From the IMG/VR virus record IMGVR_UViG_3300021492_000072: a stretch of DNA of 64,000 nucleotides. The stretch is one strand, 5' to 3'. The translations under genes and the position numbers were made by a program. The DNA comes from a virus. The notes below the pieces were generated by a model. The model saw nothing but the letters and a program-made list of their open reading frames with translations. It did not search any database and had not been told where the DNA came from. Shown here piece after piece: positions 1 through 9,566 of the stretch; position 1 is the stretch's first letter; the number at the start of each line of letters is the position of its first letter.

Positions 1-110
1 CGGGCTGGAGAGTTGCCCACTTATGTTCGGCATGTAAGTACTTTAAACCCAAAACTTTCACATGCTCAGCATTCCCTGAGGGGATCCCAAGTGACATAAT
101 AGAAGGCTTT

Positions 111-1280
111 ATGCCGCACACTAATGTGTTTCGGGGTCAAGTAGGGGACTACGTGTTTGAGCCAAAAACGGACTTTAAACTGTCAGAGCTCTTTGGGGTA
201 ACTGAAGACTTAACCCGCCGAGTTTTCAGACCAAAAGAGGACATCATAAAGTGGATAACATATAAAGGACGTAGAATTCCTATTTTCAAAAAACGCCCGC
301 CTACCAAGTCATACAAAGCCCTGGGCCAGCTTTTAACGGCTGTAAGCGGAGTTACACTTGAAGCATCCTTCCAAGCCATAAAAAGGTTCGCCAGGTTTCT
401 AGAGAAGAAAGGCGCGGAGTGGATAACCGTAGACGATCCTATTTGGAGAAGACATGTGAAAAGAATTGAGGATTACTTCCCCCTCCGTGATGTGGGGTAT
501 TATAAAACTAATGGTGATATGTACCTACCCCAAATAATGCGCGTTCATAGGACGTTACGGAAGCTCGAAAAGCGGTTCCCAGGGATATTATCCGGTGTGC
601 GTATAACATGCGTCCCTCAAGGTAGAACTCCTAGAACGAAAGCCTTTGCTACTATAGACAGAGCGCACTTGGAAGGCGGGGCCCTTCTCAAAAGTCCTAA
701 GTTTGACGATCTTTATTTTGGCAAAATCTTTAAGCACGCCGGGATTGTAAAAGAACACACAACTTACAGCCAGATACGGTCTGCGTATTGGATTCCTGAA
801 ACGCATTTAAGCGACCTAGAAAACTTGAGCCTTTATACTGAATATTTTAAGCGTCGCTTTGGAGGTATAGAGCCTCCCTTGGTGGCTTTTGTATCCTCAA
901 AATACACAGCTACCTGTTACCCTTCCATGAATCACATTGTTCACGAATTTGGTCACATATTTCACAACAAACACAACAAGCTTAGAGAGTTTATGCTTGA
1001 CGTATACGCACCCTACTTAGGGAGGTGCATTAAAGCGGGTTTTGACAAATTCCCGCTCCAGCCGATGTCTGGACGTGCAAAATTACCGCGTCTCACAGCA
1101 CTATTCCAAGTAGATACCAAATTCAGAAGCGCGGTTTACACTCCTTATTCGTTAGTCGACCCATTCGAAGGCTACGCTGAGGCATTTAAAGGGTACATCA
1201 TCCATCCACAGATTCTAAAGCGCAAGTGGCCCGAAGCGTATGAGTTCTTTCGAAAAATAGAAGAACAAGGTTTAAGTTAA
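111..1280 (+). CDS. Zincin-like metallopeptidase carrying the WxTxxGRR tag
   Basis: HEFGH zinc motif plus downstream EGYAEAF (lethal-factor/MPTase-like arrangement); WITYKGRRIPI near the N-terminus. Confidence 0.7.
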   Translation: MPHTNVFRGQVGDYVFEPKTDFKLSELFGVTEDLTRRVFRPKEDIIKWITYKGRRIPIFKKRPPTKSYKALGQLLTAVSGVTLEASFQAIKRFARFLEKKGAEWITVDDPIWRRHVKRIEDYFPLRDVGYYKTNGDMYLPQIMRVHRTLRKLEKRFPGILSGVRITCVPQGRTPRTKAFATIDRAHLEGGALLKSPKFDDLYFGKIFKHAGIVKEHTTYSQIRSAYWIPETHLSDLENLSLYTEYFKRRFGGIEPPLVAFVSSKYTATCYPSMNHIVHEFGHIFHNKHNKLREFMLDVYAPYLGRCIKAGFDKFPLQPMSGRAKLPRLTALFQVDTKFRSAVYTPYSLVDPFEGYAEAFKGYIIHPQILKRKWPEAYEFFRKIEEQGLS

Positions 1281-1321
1281 TGTACTTGACACTTCAAGCG
1301 GTGAGTACTAGTTAACCAGTA

Positions 1322-2296
1322 ATGGAACGTGTTGTCTTCTTCGTGACGCGAAAGCCCAAGTTCGCCCCCAGTCCTTTCTACCTAGAAGGACGCAGGCCAA
1401 CCGACAAGTATTTATGGGATCCAATTATTGACCTACTTGAGCGTAAAGTCGTAACTTGCCCAGACGGAAAACCAGGTCATTGGGTGACATTACCTGGAGG
1501 CCGTAAGGTTTGTATCCCAGAGTCGTATTGGCGGAAGAAAGCACTTACTGCGGGTGTAACTGCGGGTACGGTTACTGCTGCTGTTACAGCTGCTACGCTC
1601 GCAGCGTCAGCGCGGGTTCGGGCTTTTGTTCGTGGTCTTCATTTCACCCCCGAAGGTGCGATACAGCCGCTATTGGGGCGACGCGGTCTGAACTTTATAC
1701 TAAAAAGCCCCGATGTTGTGAGTCGATCTTTTCGCGCCGCTGCTCTGACTGGATTTAAAGTGCGACGTTTTGGGTATTATGAGTATAGGGGTGTGAGGGG
1801 TTTGATGATCGATGGGTCGCTAAAGAATTTTCCAGAGTCCAAGTTCTTGTACGCCACAACGAAAGATCCAGATGTGCTATGGGCCGGATTGATTTCTATT
1901 CCAAAGGCATCGCGTAAGGCATCACGTGACCTCTTTAGAGGTGTCTTTGACTTAACGCGCGCGAGCGGTGCGTCAAAAATACGATTCATAGCAGGACTTG
2001 AAAATGGATCATCAATGTGGGCACGTTTAGGTGGTAAGTGGGTCGACAAGGGTGCTGAAAATGCGTGTAAGCGAGCAATCTTAGAGCGGCGTAGAAGCAT
2101 TGGCTACCCCGCTGACTTAGACAGACTCATCACCGAAGCACGAACCCCAAAAGAGTTAGTACAAAAATTGGATGAGAGGTTGGGTAAATCAGGCACACGC
2201 AGACTTCTAAGAAATGTTGAATGGTGGGGGGAACTCGACTTGAAAGATCCTCAAGTCAGGTCCTTTTTATTAAAGTTAACAGGACAGAAGTTGTGA
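1322..2296 (+). CDS. Tagged protein with C-terminal GNAT-like domain
   Basis: CPDGKPGHWVTLPGGRKVCIP tag, then Ala/Thr hydrophobic helix; GASKIRFIAGLENGSSMWARLGG resembles the C-terminal motif of phage GNAT-like domains. Confidence 0.5.
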   Translation: MERVVFFVTRKPKFAPSPFYLEGRRPTDKYLWDPIIDLLERKVVTCPDGKPGHWVTLPGGRKVCIPESYWRKKALTAGVTAGTVTAAVTAATLAASARVRAFVRGLHFTPEGAIQPLLGRRGLNFILKSPDVVSRSFRAAALTGFKVRRFGYYEYRGVRGLMIDGSLKNFPESKFLYATTKDPDVLWAGLISIPKASRKASRDLFRGVFDLTRASGASKIRFIAGLENGSSMWARLGGKWVDKGAENACKRAILERRRSIGYPADLDRLITEARTPKELVQKLDERLGKSGTRRLLRNVEWWGELDLKDPQVRSFLLKLTGQKL

Positions 2297-3174
2297 ATGT
2301 ACCAGAAGCACTGAAGAAATATGCGAGACCTTTCTTGGTTTGGTGTGAGGGGTCCTATCCTTACTGTCTGCACATACACCTCGCGAGTGTTTTTCATGGT
2401 GACCTTCGTATGAGGTGGTGTGGGCGTGACCTTATTGGTGTAACTTTATTCCTCTACCGCTCGGGGTCTGTGAAGCATAGACCAAATGGAAGAGAGGGTT
2501 GGGATGACTTCCTTAAGATTGTGAAGTACCCACGAAGATACTTTAAGCTGGACTATACAACAGGAGAGATTATTGGTCAGAGGAGCCTTCAAGCGACGAT
2601 GAAGCTTCCGGAGGCTAATGCGTGGATCAATGTTCGGAAGTTTATATCACCACCCGGTTATATCGGAGCGCGTTATCTTAAGGACAAGTGGGGCTACATG
2701 ACGCGTGTGGACACTGGGTTAGTGGAGCACCTTACACGCAAGCTAGATATGTTTGAGTTTTACTTTACTAAAGGGAAGGCCTTTCGTGGTAGATACATCC
2801 TTCGACCCTTTGGGCGTGGTTTCCATTTTTACACTGCATCTGCTGACAAACCACACGTAGTGGGTACAAAGTATGAGAAGTTAAAAGAGGGTAAGGAGTT
2901 AGGGGGTTTCCTGTGGATCAGAGCAAAGGATCAGACACCATACATTCTTTCATTGCGTGCGGTTGAAAAGCGTTTCGTTGCCCCTTTTGGCTACTCAGGT
3001 CTACCTACACAATTAAAGAAGTTGATCCCTTCAAGGTTTCAATACTGGAAGTTAAGGAGCGAGAAGGATCGTATAAAGGTGCGGGATGAGTTAAGGGATG
3101 CGCTTAAAAGGAAAGGACTGATGAAGTACCTAGAATCTGGTGCGTGGTCTTACGTGAAAAGTTTAGAGGCTTGA
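2293..3174 (+). CDS. LigD 3'-phosphoesterase-like protein
   Basis: HLASVFHGDLRM resembles HxAxxLHYDxRL; VDTG..FEFYF..FRGRYILR resembles the PE-domain C-terminal strands; GTG overlaps the upstream TGA. Confidence 0.5.
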   Translation: MNVPEALKKYARPFLVWCEGSYPYCLHIHLASVFHGDLRMRWCGRDLIGVTLFLYRSGSVKHRPNGREGWDDFLKIVKYPRRYFKLDYTTGEIIGQRSLQATMKLPEANAWINVRKFISPPGYIGARYLKDKWGYMTRVDTGLVEHLTRKLDMFEFYFTKGKAFRGRYILRPFGRGFHFYTASADKPHVVGTKYEKLKEGKELGGFLWIRAKDQTPYILSLRAVEKRFVAPFGYSGLPTQLKKLIPSRFQYWKLRSEKDRIKVRDELRDALKRKGLMKYLESGAWSYVKSLEA

Positions 3175-3224
3175 CCTTTTTTGGTAGACCCTAGTTTAAA
3201 TTTGGAACAAAGGAGGTGAGAGCT

Positions 3225-4301
3225 ATGTCGTTTTCGCGGTTTGAAAATGGGTTATTCCAAGCAACAGGTCAGTTTATTGCATCGGCTGACACTAAACCGT
3301 TTAAGGACTTCGCGAAGCAAGGTGAGTTAATAGTTGCGGGTTACGCTACAACTTTCGACGTTGGGCTGGAAGGAGCTGTCATCGCGAGGGACGCGTTAAA
3401 TGAAGAGGATTTGAAGCAACGCCCGACTTTGCTGTTCAACCACGACCAGAATCGCCCCATCGGACGTGTTGTAAGCTCTAAGGTTGATGATAAGGGCCTT
3501 TTCATAGTTGGTGTTATTGATAGTACTGAAAAGGAACTTCAACAGAAAATCATGTCTGGTACGCTTTCTCGTTTCTCAATCAGGGGCCGGATAATGCGCT
3601 CACATGCTGAATGGAGGAAGGACCTTCAGAAGAATATAGACGTAATTGATGAGTTAAAGACTTTAGAAGTATCTGTTGTTTCGGTACCCGCTGTTGCAGA
3701 GGCCGAAATTCAAAAATGGTATCTGCAACGTAATTTTAACGAAGGAGGTGATAGTATGAGTGAACAAAGAGACGTTGAGGCAAAGGACATCACGCGCGAC
3801 ACTGAACTCCCAGAAGAGGATGAGTTTGTGCTTGAAGACGATGGAACAATTGAGTTATTGCTGGGGCTAGATGAGCGAGTTAATGACTTGGTTGACAAGA
3901 TTAGTACTTTTGAAGCGGCTGCTAATGACCTTAAGGCAGTCATGGAGAAGTTGAGCGCAATCGATAAGAAGATTGATGAGGTACTCAAAAAGTTGGAGAA
4001 GTATCCATATCCATATCCAGCTAAGAGAGACGCTGAAGAGTCAGCTGACCAATCAGAGCAGGGAGAAGGAGATCAGGAGAGACAGGAGTCCACTAATCCA
4101 CTTGAGGAGATTCAGAAGTCTATCCAACGCTTGGCTGACGAAGTAAAGTCGATAAAGGAATCTCCTACTATAAAGGGGGAGAAGGAGGCTGGAAAGGAAG
4201 ACGAACTAAAGAGATTTATAGAATCAGAAGAGTACAAGAGCGCACCCCCAACTGACAAGCTGAGGATGTTATACGACTTTTTGCAAAAAGGAGGTGAGTA
4301 G
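3225..4301 (+). CDS. HK97-family prohead protease fused to scaffold
   Basis: VAGYATTF, LLFNHD..PIG, GL, FSI.G, EVSVVSVPA motifs; acidic coiled-coil C-terminal half; GGAGGTGA SD. Confidence 0.9.
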   Translation: MSFSRFENGLFQATGQFIASADTKPFKDFAKQGELIVAGYATTFDVGLEGAVIARDALNEEDLKQRPTLLFNHDQNRPIGRVVSSKVDDKGLFIVGVIDSTEKELQQKIMSGTLSRFSIRGRIMRSHAEWRKDLQKNIDVIDELKTLEVSVVSVPAVAEAEIQKWYLQRNFNEGGDSMSEQRDVEAKDITRDTELPEEDEFVLEDDGTIELLLGLDERVNDLVDKISTFEAAANDLKAVMEKLSAIDKKIDEVLKKLEKYPYPYPAKRDAEESADQSEQGEGDQERQESTNPLEEIQKSIQRLADEVKSIKESPTIKGEKEAGKEDELKRFIESEEYKSAPPTDKLRMLYDFLQKGGE

Positions 4302-4302
4302 G

Positions 4303-5232
4303 ATGCTAGATTTAAAGCGCGAATTAGTTAGAAGCTTAACCGAAAGTGATATTGCTTCGATCATCCCCAAGGAAGTAGATAAGATCATCGAGTCCATGGT
4401 TGAGCATAAGAATCCTCTTCGTCAGAATCTTCCTCGTAAACCAGGCTCTGGCGCGGGAGTTCCCGTTAACCGGAGAGACGGCGCTTCAACAGAGCCCAAG
4501 TTCTACGGTGACACCGACTCATTCGATGAAAGCACAGGCAGTTACTCTCAGGTTGTGTTTACATACAAGACCATTGGATGTCAGGGGAAGGTCACTCGTA
4601 AGGCACGCGCAATCGGAGCTAACTACGCTGACTTACTGGCCAATGAAATGGAGGAACGGTCCCAAGAGTTCCGTGACAAAGAAGAATGGGGATACTTTTG
4701 GGGCGATGCAACAGCAAATCCAAAACAGTTTGATGGGTTAGATAAGTTAACCCACAGTGACAATAGATTTGCAGTCGGTGGAAGTGGTGGTGGCAACTTA
4801 ACACTTGAGTTAATGGACCAAGCAATTGACGCAGTTCGCGGGACACCTGACATGATCGTGTGCAGTAAAAGAACACGTAGGAGAATACGTGCCTTACTTC
4901 AAACTCAACAAAGGTTCGTAAATACCACAAAAGTGAAGGGTGGCTTCGAACTCATGAGCTATAATGATATTCCTATCTACGTGTCTAACCAAATTCCTGA
5001 CACTCTTAAGGTTGATACGGACGGGAAGACCATCACTAGCTTAACCGCTGGTACATTGTCAGCTCTCTTTATTTTGGACACTGAGAAAGTGTATGTGTCC
5101 GAGTTAACCCCCCTTACTATTAAACCTCTCGCCAAAACTAGCTCGCAGTTTGACCTCTTTGACATCTACGCTGACGAGGTTTTAGTAGTTCGTAATCCAT
5201 ACGCGTGTGCTGAGATTGTAGGAATTGTATAA
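4303..5232 (+). CDS. Major capsid protein (HK97 fold)
   Basis: Directly follows the protease; about 310 aa; FDGL and YNDIPI motifs; strong SD; hairpin downstream. Confidence 0.85.
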   Translation: MLDLKRELVRSLTESDIASIIPKEVDKIIESMVEHKNPLRQNLPRKPGSGAGVPVNRRDGASTEPKFYGDTDSFDESTGSYSQVVFTYKTIGCQGKVTRKARAIGANYADLLANEMEERSQEFRDKEEWGYFWGDATANPKQFDGLDKLTHSDNRFAVGGSGGGNLTLELMDQAIDAVRGTPDMIVCSKRTRRRIRALLQTQQRFVNTTKVKGGFELMSYNDIPIYVSNQIPDTLKVDTDGKTITSLTAGTLSALFILDTEKVYVSELTPLTIKPLAKTSSQFDLFDIYADEVLVVRNPYACAEIVGIV

Positions 5233-5243
5233 TAAATCGGAGA

Positions 5244-5263
5244 GGGGGACTGTAAGGTCCCCC
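5244..5263 (+). terminator. GC-rich hairpin after the capsid gene
   Basis: GGGGGAC-TGTAAG-GTCCCCC; no U-tract, so it may be an mRNA stabiliser rather than a terminator. Confidence 0.5.
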
Positions 5264-5288
5264 GTAATGTTAGTGGGGGAGGTTACTT

Positions 5289-5690
5289 ATGTATAAAATG
5301 AAGTACTGTGGGCCGTTTAGTGGTCCAGAATGGACTCTTGCTACTTATCGTGAGGTCATAACTGTAAAAAACGGGTACTGCACAGTTAAGTACCCGGAAA
5401 CAGTTCAAACGCTACAACTGCAAGGCTTCAAATTAGTAGAGCAAGACGACACCCCAAAGCCACCACCTCGTCAGAAGGAATCTATTAAACCAGTAGCAAC
5501 GCCTCCACCGAGACAAAAGCCGGAGCTGTCTCAAGCTGAAACGAAGATCCTTGAATTGCTTAAAAAAGGTGCAAACCTAGGTGCCATAGCGGTTGCTATT
5601 AAGTGGAAAAAGTCAAAGATAGAGAATTGGATACGAACTCACAGCAAGCTAGTAGCTGAGGTAGTAAATGCGCCAAGTTCTGCCAAATAG
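5289..5690 (+). CDS. Hypothetical head-region protein with Pro-rich linker and HTH-like C-terminus
   Basis: SD GGAGG; PPPRQK twice; helical C-terminus. Confidence 0.55.
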   Translation: MYKMKYCGPFSGPEWTLATYREVITVKNGYCTVKYPETVQTLQLQGFKLVEQDDTPKPPPRQKESIKPVATPPPRQKPELSQAETKILELLKKGANLGAIAVAIKWKKSKIENWIRTHSKLVAEVVNAPSSAK

Positions 5691-6486
5691 CCCAATTTCG
5701 TTAGCATTCGATTTTGTTTACGCGGGTGTAACGGTTAGCGATGTTGAGGACCCTGTGGTTGAAGTGTACTCCTTCGCTCAGGCGTTGATGACCGCCGCTG
5801 CCTTAACATGGGGTGGGGCTCATTATGAAGCACGTGTTCAAGCACCACAGGAGTTGGGTGTTTACGTAGCAGTAGCTCACGGTAAGTATAATGGTGACTA
5901 TATAACAGCCGCTTCACACGAAGCTCTTGAAGTAGTTTCATACGGGGCAGAAGCGCACCACGCGCTTATAACCCTCAATGAGGTTAAAGAGTACTTGGAA
6001 TTGACAGACTTTAGCGAAGACGCGTTTCTGCGACTTCTTACCGAGGCGTGCATTAGCAGTGTATTGAACTACCTTCACATTACAATCGGGCCGCAAACAA
6101 CAAAAGAGACCTTTCCTGTGTCTGATTGTGCCTCTTGGAGCTTAAACTATTACCCCGTCATTTCAGTGGAACATATTAGTGTAGATGGTGTTGAGTTAAG
6201 TAGTACAGATTACACATTAAACGCTAATACGGGTACGATTTGGTTCAATGAGTTAGTAAGTGGGGTGCTAGAAGTTGAGTATACATACGGGCTCACATCT
6301 ATACCATATGATATGAAGCTCGCGTGCCTCAAGCTAGCAGCTGTGCTTTATAACCTACGAAACACAGAAGGCTATTCATCTCGAAGGTTGTTAAGCGTCG
6401 CTGAAACATATTTAGCGAGCAGCAAGGCTGATGTCTTTCACGAGATACGTTCTTTACTCGCTCCCTATAAACGGGTATCACGTTAG
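5668..6486 (+). CDS. Head-tail connector/adaptor (gp6-like)
   Basis: LITLNEVKEYL, YTYG..IPYDMKLACLKLAA, LLAPYKR; position after capsid. Confidence 0.8.
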   Translation: MRQVLPNSPISLAFDFVYAGVTVSDVEDPVVEVYSFAQALMTAAALTWGGAHYEARVQAPQELGVYVAVAHGKYNGDYITAASHEALEVVSYGAEAHHALITLNEVKEYLELTDFSEDAFLRLLTEACISSVLNYLHITIGPQTTKETFPVSDCASWSLNYYPVISVEHISVDGVELSSTDYTLNANTGTIWFNELVSGVLEVEYTYGLTSIPYDMKLACLKLAAVLYNLRNTEGYSSRRLLSVAETYLASSKADVFHEIRSLLAPYKRVSR

Positions 6487-7236
6487 AAGTTGGTTTTGGT
6501 CAACATATCCCCAATTACGTTGATACATTCTCCACTTTTCTCTCGGCCATCGAAGCATGTCATGAACAATAAGTCTCTTGGGGTTGACGAAAGTACTAAT
6601 GTTTGGGTGATATAAGTGGTGAAGTGTTATATCTGCGGCTCCGACCCGGTACCCAAACGCTTCTAGTTTTATCCAAAACGCGTTATCTTCACCATACTTA
6701 CCGTAAAAATCTTTCTCTGGCATCCCGCCCACGTGGTTCATTATAGTCTTAGTGATCCACATAGCACCGCCAGCTGCACCCATTTTCTCTGGTGTGGTGC
6801 TACGTATGTAAGGGCCCCCAAGTGACTCTGATTTAAGAAATCGTTCTGTTGCCTCCTTTGACATGTACAAAATACGATTCCACGCTGCAGCTGGAGGCCG
6901 CGTCTGGGCCAATATGCTTTGATAATTGGGTGGGTAAATGAGATCAGCGTCGGTAAGTAACACGTGTTCAAACGTGGCCAACTCTTTCACACCTACGTTA
7001 AAGGCCCAAGCTCTGTTAAAGGGGTGAAAAGTGAAAACCTTTAGGTACCGAAAGGGTTTGCGGATCCATTCACGGAAGGCGTTAATGTGGTCATGAATGT
7101 ACGCTGTGGGGCCTGTCTCAACGATACATATCTCACACCGAGCTGAGCGGGCTAGGGATTTCACACAGAAAGTTAGGAGTGGAAGTCGTAGTGGGTGGTG
7201 TTCATATGGTATAACAATAGAGATTGGGATTGACAC
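6478..7236 (-). CDS. Glycosyltransferase (GT2/GT7-like)
   Basis: ISIVIPY, FNRAWAFNVG, DAD, GGM.E.F.G.YGED; GTG start after AGGAGG. Confidence 0.85.
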   Translation of the reverse strand: MSIPISIVIPYEHHPLRLPLLTFCVKSLARSARCEICIVETGPTAYIHDHINAFREWIRKPFRYLKVFTFHPFNRAWAFNVGVKELATFEHVLLTDADLIYPPNYQSILAQTRPPAAAWNRILYMSKEATERFLKSESLGGPYIRSTTPEKMGAAGGAMWITKTIMNHVGGMPEKDFYGKYGEDNAFWIKLEAFGYRVGAADITLHHLYHPNISTFVNPKRLIVHDMLRWPREKWRMYQRNWGYVDQNQLLT

Positions 7237-7264
7237 GCTTCCTCCTTTGATATAGACTACACTT

Positions 7265-7293
7265 ATGATACCAAACTCGCAAGACATTGACAA
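7265..7293 (-). promoter_or_regulatory. Sigma70-like promoter
   Basis: TTGTCA-17nt-TATCAT; overlaps a divergent TTGACA. Confidence 0.55.
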
Positions 7294-7311
7294 GTTTGAA
7301 AGACAAGGTTA

Positions 7312-7719
7312 ATGGCAACCACACAAGCTTTATTAAGTGAAACAGACTTTCCACAGGCAACGGTTGATGTCTTTTATAACAGTGAAGTGCTTGAGAGATG
7401 GATATTTGTGGGTGTACAGCAGCAAGGGATCGCGTCTGTTTTGTGGTGGATTACAAGAGGTTACCATCAATTTACTGTACTTCTTCCCCTTGCGCAATTG
7501 TACCTCCTACATCATATCAGAACGCTGCGAATCAGAGTACCTGCCCGACAAATCTGGACAATAAAGCGCGAACATGGTATCACTATTTACCCCACTCTTC
7601 AGTTCTACACAAGCGCGGGCAAAGTTGCTGAATTACGCGGCTGTGGATTTAACTTCCAAGAGTTGAAGAGTGTGGTAGTCAACCACTTGACCCCGGGGGT
7701 GAGCTATGGGAACTACTAG
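7312..7719 (+). CDS. Hypothetical protein
   Basis: ORF overlapping the holin start. Confidence 0.45.
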   Translation: MATTQALLSETDFPQATVDVFYNSEVLERWIFVGVQQQGIASVLWWITRGYHQFTVLLPLAQLYLLHHIRTLRIRVPARQIWTIKREHGITIYPTLQFYTSAGKVAELRGCGFNFQELKSVVVNHLTPGVSYGNY

Positions 7720-8194
7720 TAGTGTTTTCAAAAAAAGGAGGTTCCCATTGTACAGTGTACTTTATTACAGAGGCCAGCTTACTACAGATTTCACATTTAA
7801 GTCAGTCGCTTCAGGGCTTTTATATGCTCTTTTATGGCTGTTTGGTGATGTCAACGACGCTGTCATTGCTCTACTAGCATTAATGACTCTTGACGTTATA
7901 TTAGGTTTGTCAGCCGCTATTAAATACCATGATGTCTCTTCAGACAAACTACGGCAAGGTGCGGTAAAGTTTTTATTGTATTTTGTGTTGATCATAGCCG
8001 CCAACTGTGTTGACAAGGTTGTAGCTCTTATACCGCTTATGAGCCAAATAGTACAGATCAGGAGTTTCACTATGATTTATCTAGCGGTATCTGAAGGGAT
8101 TAGTGTCCTTGAGAATCTTTCATCACTTGGTGTGGCTGTGCCTAAAGTGATGCTCAAAAGACTCCGCCGGTTCAAGCAAAGCATGGAGAGGTAA
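7706..8194 (+). CDS. Phage holin (family 4-like)
   Basis: TM helices; D..LG, SS..LR.G..K, EGISVLENL..LGV.VP..L..RL signature. Confidence 0.85.
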   Translation: MGTTSSVFKKRRFPLYSVLYYRGQLTTDFTFKSVASGLLYALLWLFGDVNDAVIALLALMTLDVILGLSAAIKYHDVSSDKLRQGAVKFLLYFVLIIAANCVDKVVALIPLMSQIVQIRSFTMIYLAVSEGISVLENLSSLGVAVPKVMLKRLRRFKQSMER

Positions 8195-9445
8195 ATGGCA
8201 CGGATTATAATGTGTCCTGACAACAAACCAGGGACATGGATTACGCTAAAAGAAACAGGAAGACGCGTTTGTGTTCATTACATCAAAAAGAATGGTAGGT
8301 GGGAGAGGATCTCAGCAGCTATACCGTCAGCGAAAGTGTTAGGTGGTGTTACATTAGCAGCTATAGCCGCCGCGATACTACGAAGGAAGCCACCGTTGAT
8401 TAAGGACATCCGAAAAGTTGCCGTGATTCACGGAAAAGCTGAGTACGCGACTGATAAGTGGTACCAAGCTATAATGAGTGCGTGGATGGGGATGAAATCG
8501 ATCCCTCCTGTAACTCCTAGTGCAAAACCACCTAAGTTACTGAAAACCGCTGCTTTAATATACACACCACATCCAGGAGCAACTGCAGTGAAGGCCGAGA
8601 AGATTATTGGTCATAGAGAAATGATGAAGTTGATCAGCGACAAGTTTGAATTCTCGTTTCTCTTCCACAAACACCCAGAGTATCACCTGGACACCTATCT
8701 GGCGTCCAACTTCAAGAACGTAGATGAAATGAGGAATTACTTCGCTTCGGTAGGTAAATCCTTTATATTGAAACCGAGGTTTGGGTCGCTTGGGACTCTT
8801 AAAGACTTTCCTAACGGTGAATGGTCAAACAAAGCAATCGAAAAATATATCAAGTCTTATGGTGCTGATGATGTAGTTGTACAGGAGCTAGTACCCGTTG
8901 CAAACGAGTTTCGGGTACATGTGGTGAATGGAAAAGTTTACGCTGTAATGCACAGATGGGGCCCACCAGGAGGACTCGGAAAAGTTTGGCGTGAACATAT
9001 TCCGTTTGGGCATATTGTGTTTCCAGTCTGGCGTAAGGGTGATATTGTAAAATTCACAGAGAAGGCAATTCAACCTTGGGGGAAGAACCTTCATGCTGGG
9101 TTGGACGTGATCCAACTTCCCGATGGGAGCTATAAGATCTTAGAAGCAAATCCCCTTCCTGCTTCCTTTTTACATCCTTACGTATCTAGAAAGTTCCACA
9201 GAGCAGTTACTGGCGTGTGGACTGCAGATATACAAGCACTAGCTGTGGTAGGAGGTGCGGTTGGTGCTTGGACTACAATTTCAGGAACGAGGGAACTTGT
9301 GAACAAGAGGAAGAGGGACTATCCTGAGATAGTTACTTTCAAAGGGGATAAAGGTTTTTGGGTAACACTAGAAACAGGTAAGAAAGTCTTCATTCCCCTG
9401 AAGTATGCAGCGGATTACATTAGAGAAAGGTGGTTCGCTTGGTGA
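8195..9445 (+). CDS. RimK-like ATP-grasp ligase with the tag at both termini
   Basis: FILKPRFGSLG, VVQE, EFRVHV, GLDVI, ILEAN motifs; WITLKETGRRVCV and WVTLETGKKVFIP. Confidence 0.8.
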   Translation: MARIIMCPDNKPGTWITLKETGRRVCVHYIKKNGRWERISAAIPSAKVLGGVTLAAIAAAILRRKPPLIKDIRKVAVIHGKAEYATDKWYQAIMSAWMGMKSIPPVTPSAKPPKLLKTAALIYTPHPGATAVKAEKIIGHREMMKLISDKFEFSFLFHKHPEYHLDTYLASNFKNVDEMRNYFASVGKSFILKPRFGSLGTLKDFPNGEWSNKAIEKYIKSYGADDVVVQELVPVANEFRVHVVNGKVYAVMHRWGPPGGLGKVWREHIPFGHIVFPVWRKGDIVKFTEKAIQPWGKNLHAGLDVIQLPDGSYKILEANPLPASFLHPYVSRKFHRAVTGVWTADIQALAVVGGAVGAWTTISGTRELVNKRKRDYPEIVTFKGDKGFWVTLETGKKVFIPLKYAADYIRERWFAW

Positions 9446-9475
9446 AGCACTTAGGGACACGTAAGGAGGAAGTAA

Positions 9476-9562
9476 ATGATAACGATTATGGTTAAAAACG
9501 CTTGGGTTCAAATAGGAATACTTGGGTATAGGATAGAACCCTCAGGGGTGTATTTTGGATAG
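9476..9562 (+). CDS. Possible 28-aa peptide
   Basis: AAGGAGG SD then ATG; MITIMVKNAWVQIGILGYRIEPSGVYFG. Confidence 0.35.
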   Translation: MITIMVKNAWVQIGILGYRIEPSGVYFG

Positions 9563-9566
9563 GGTA

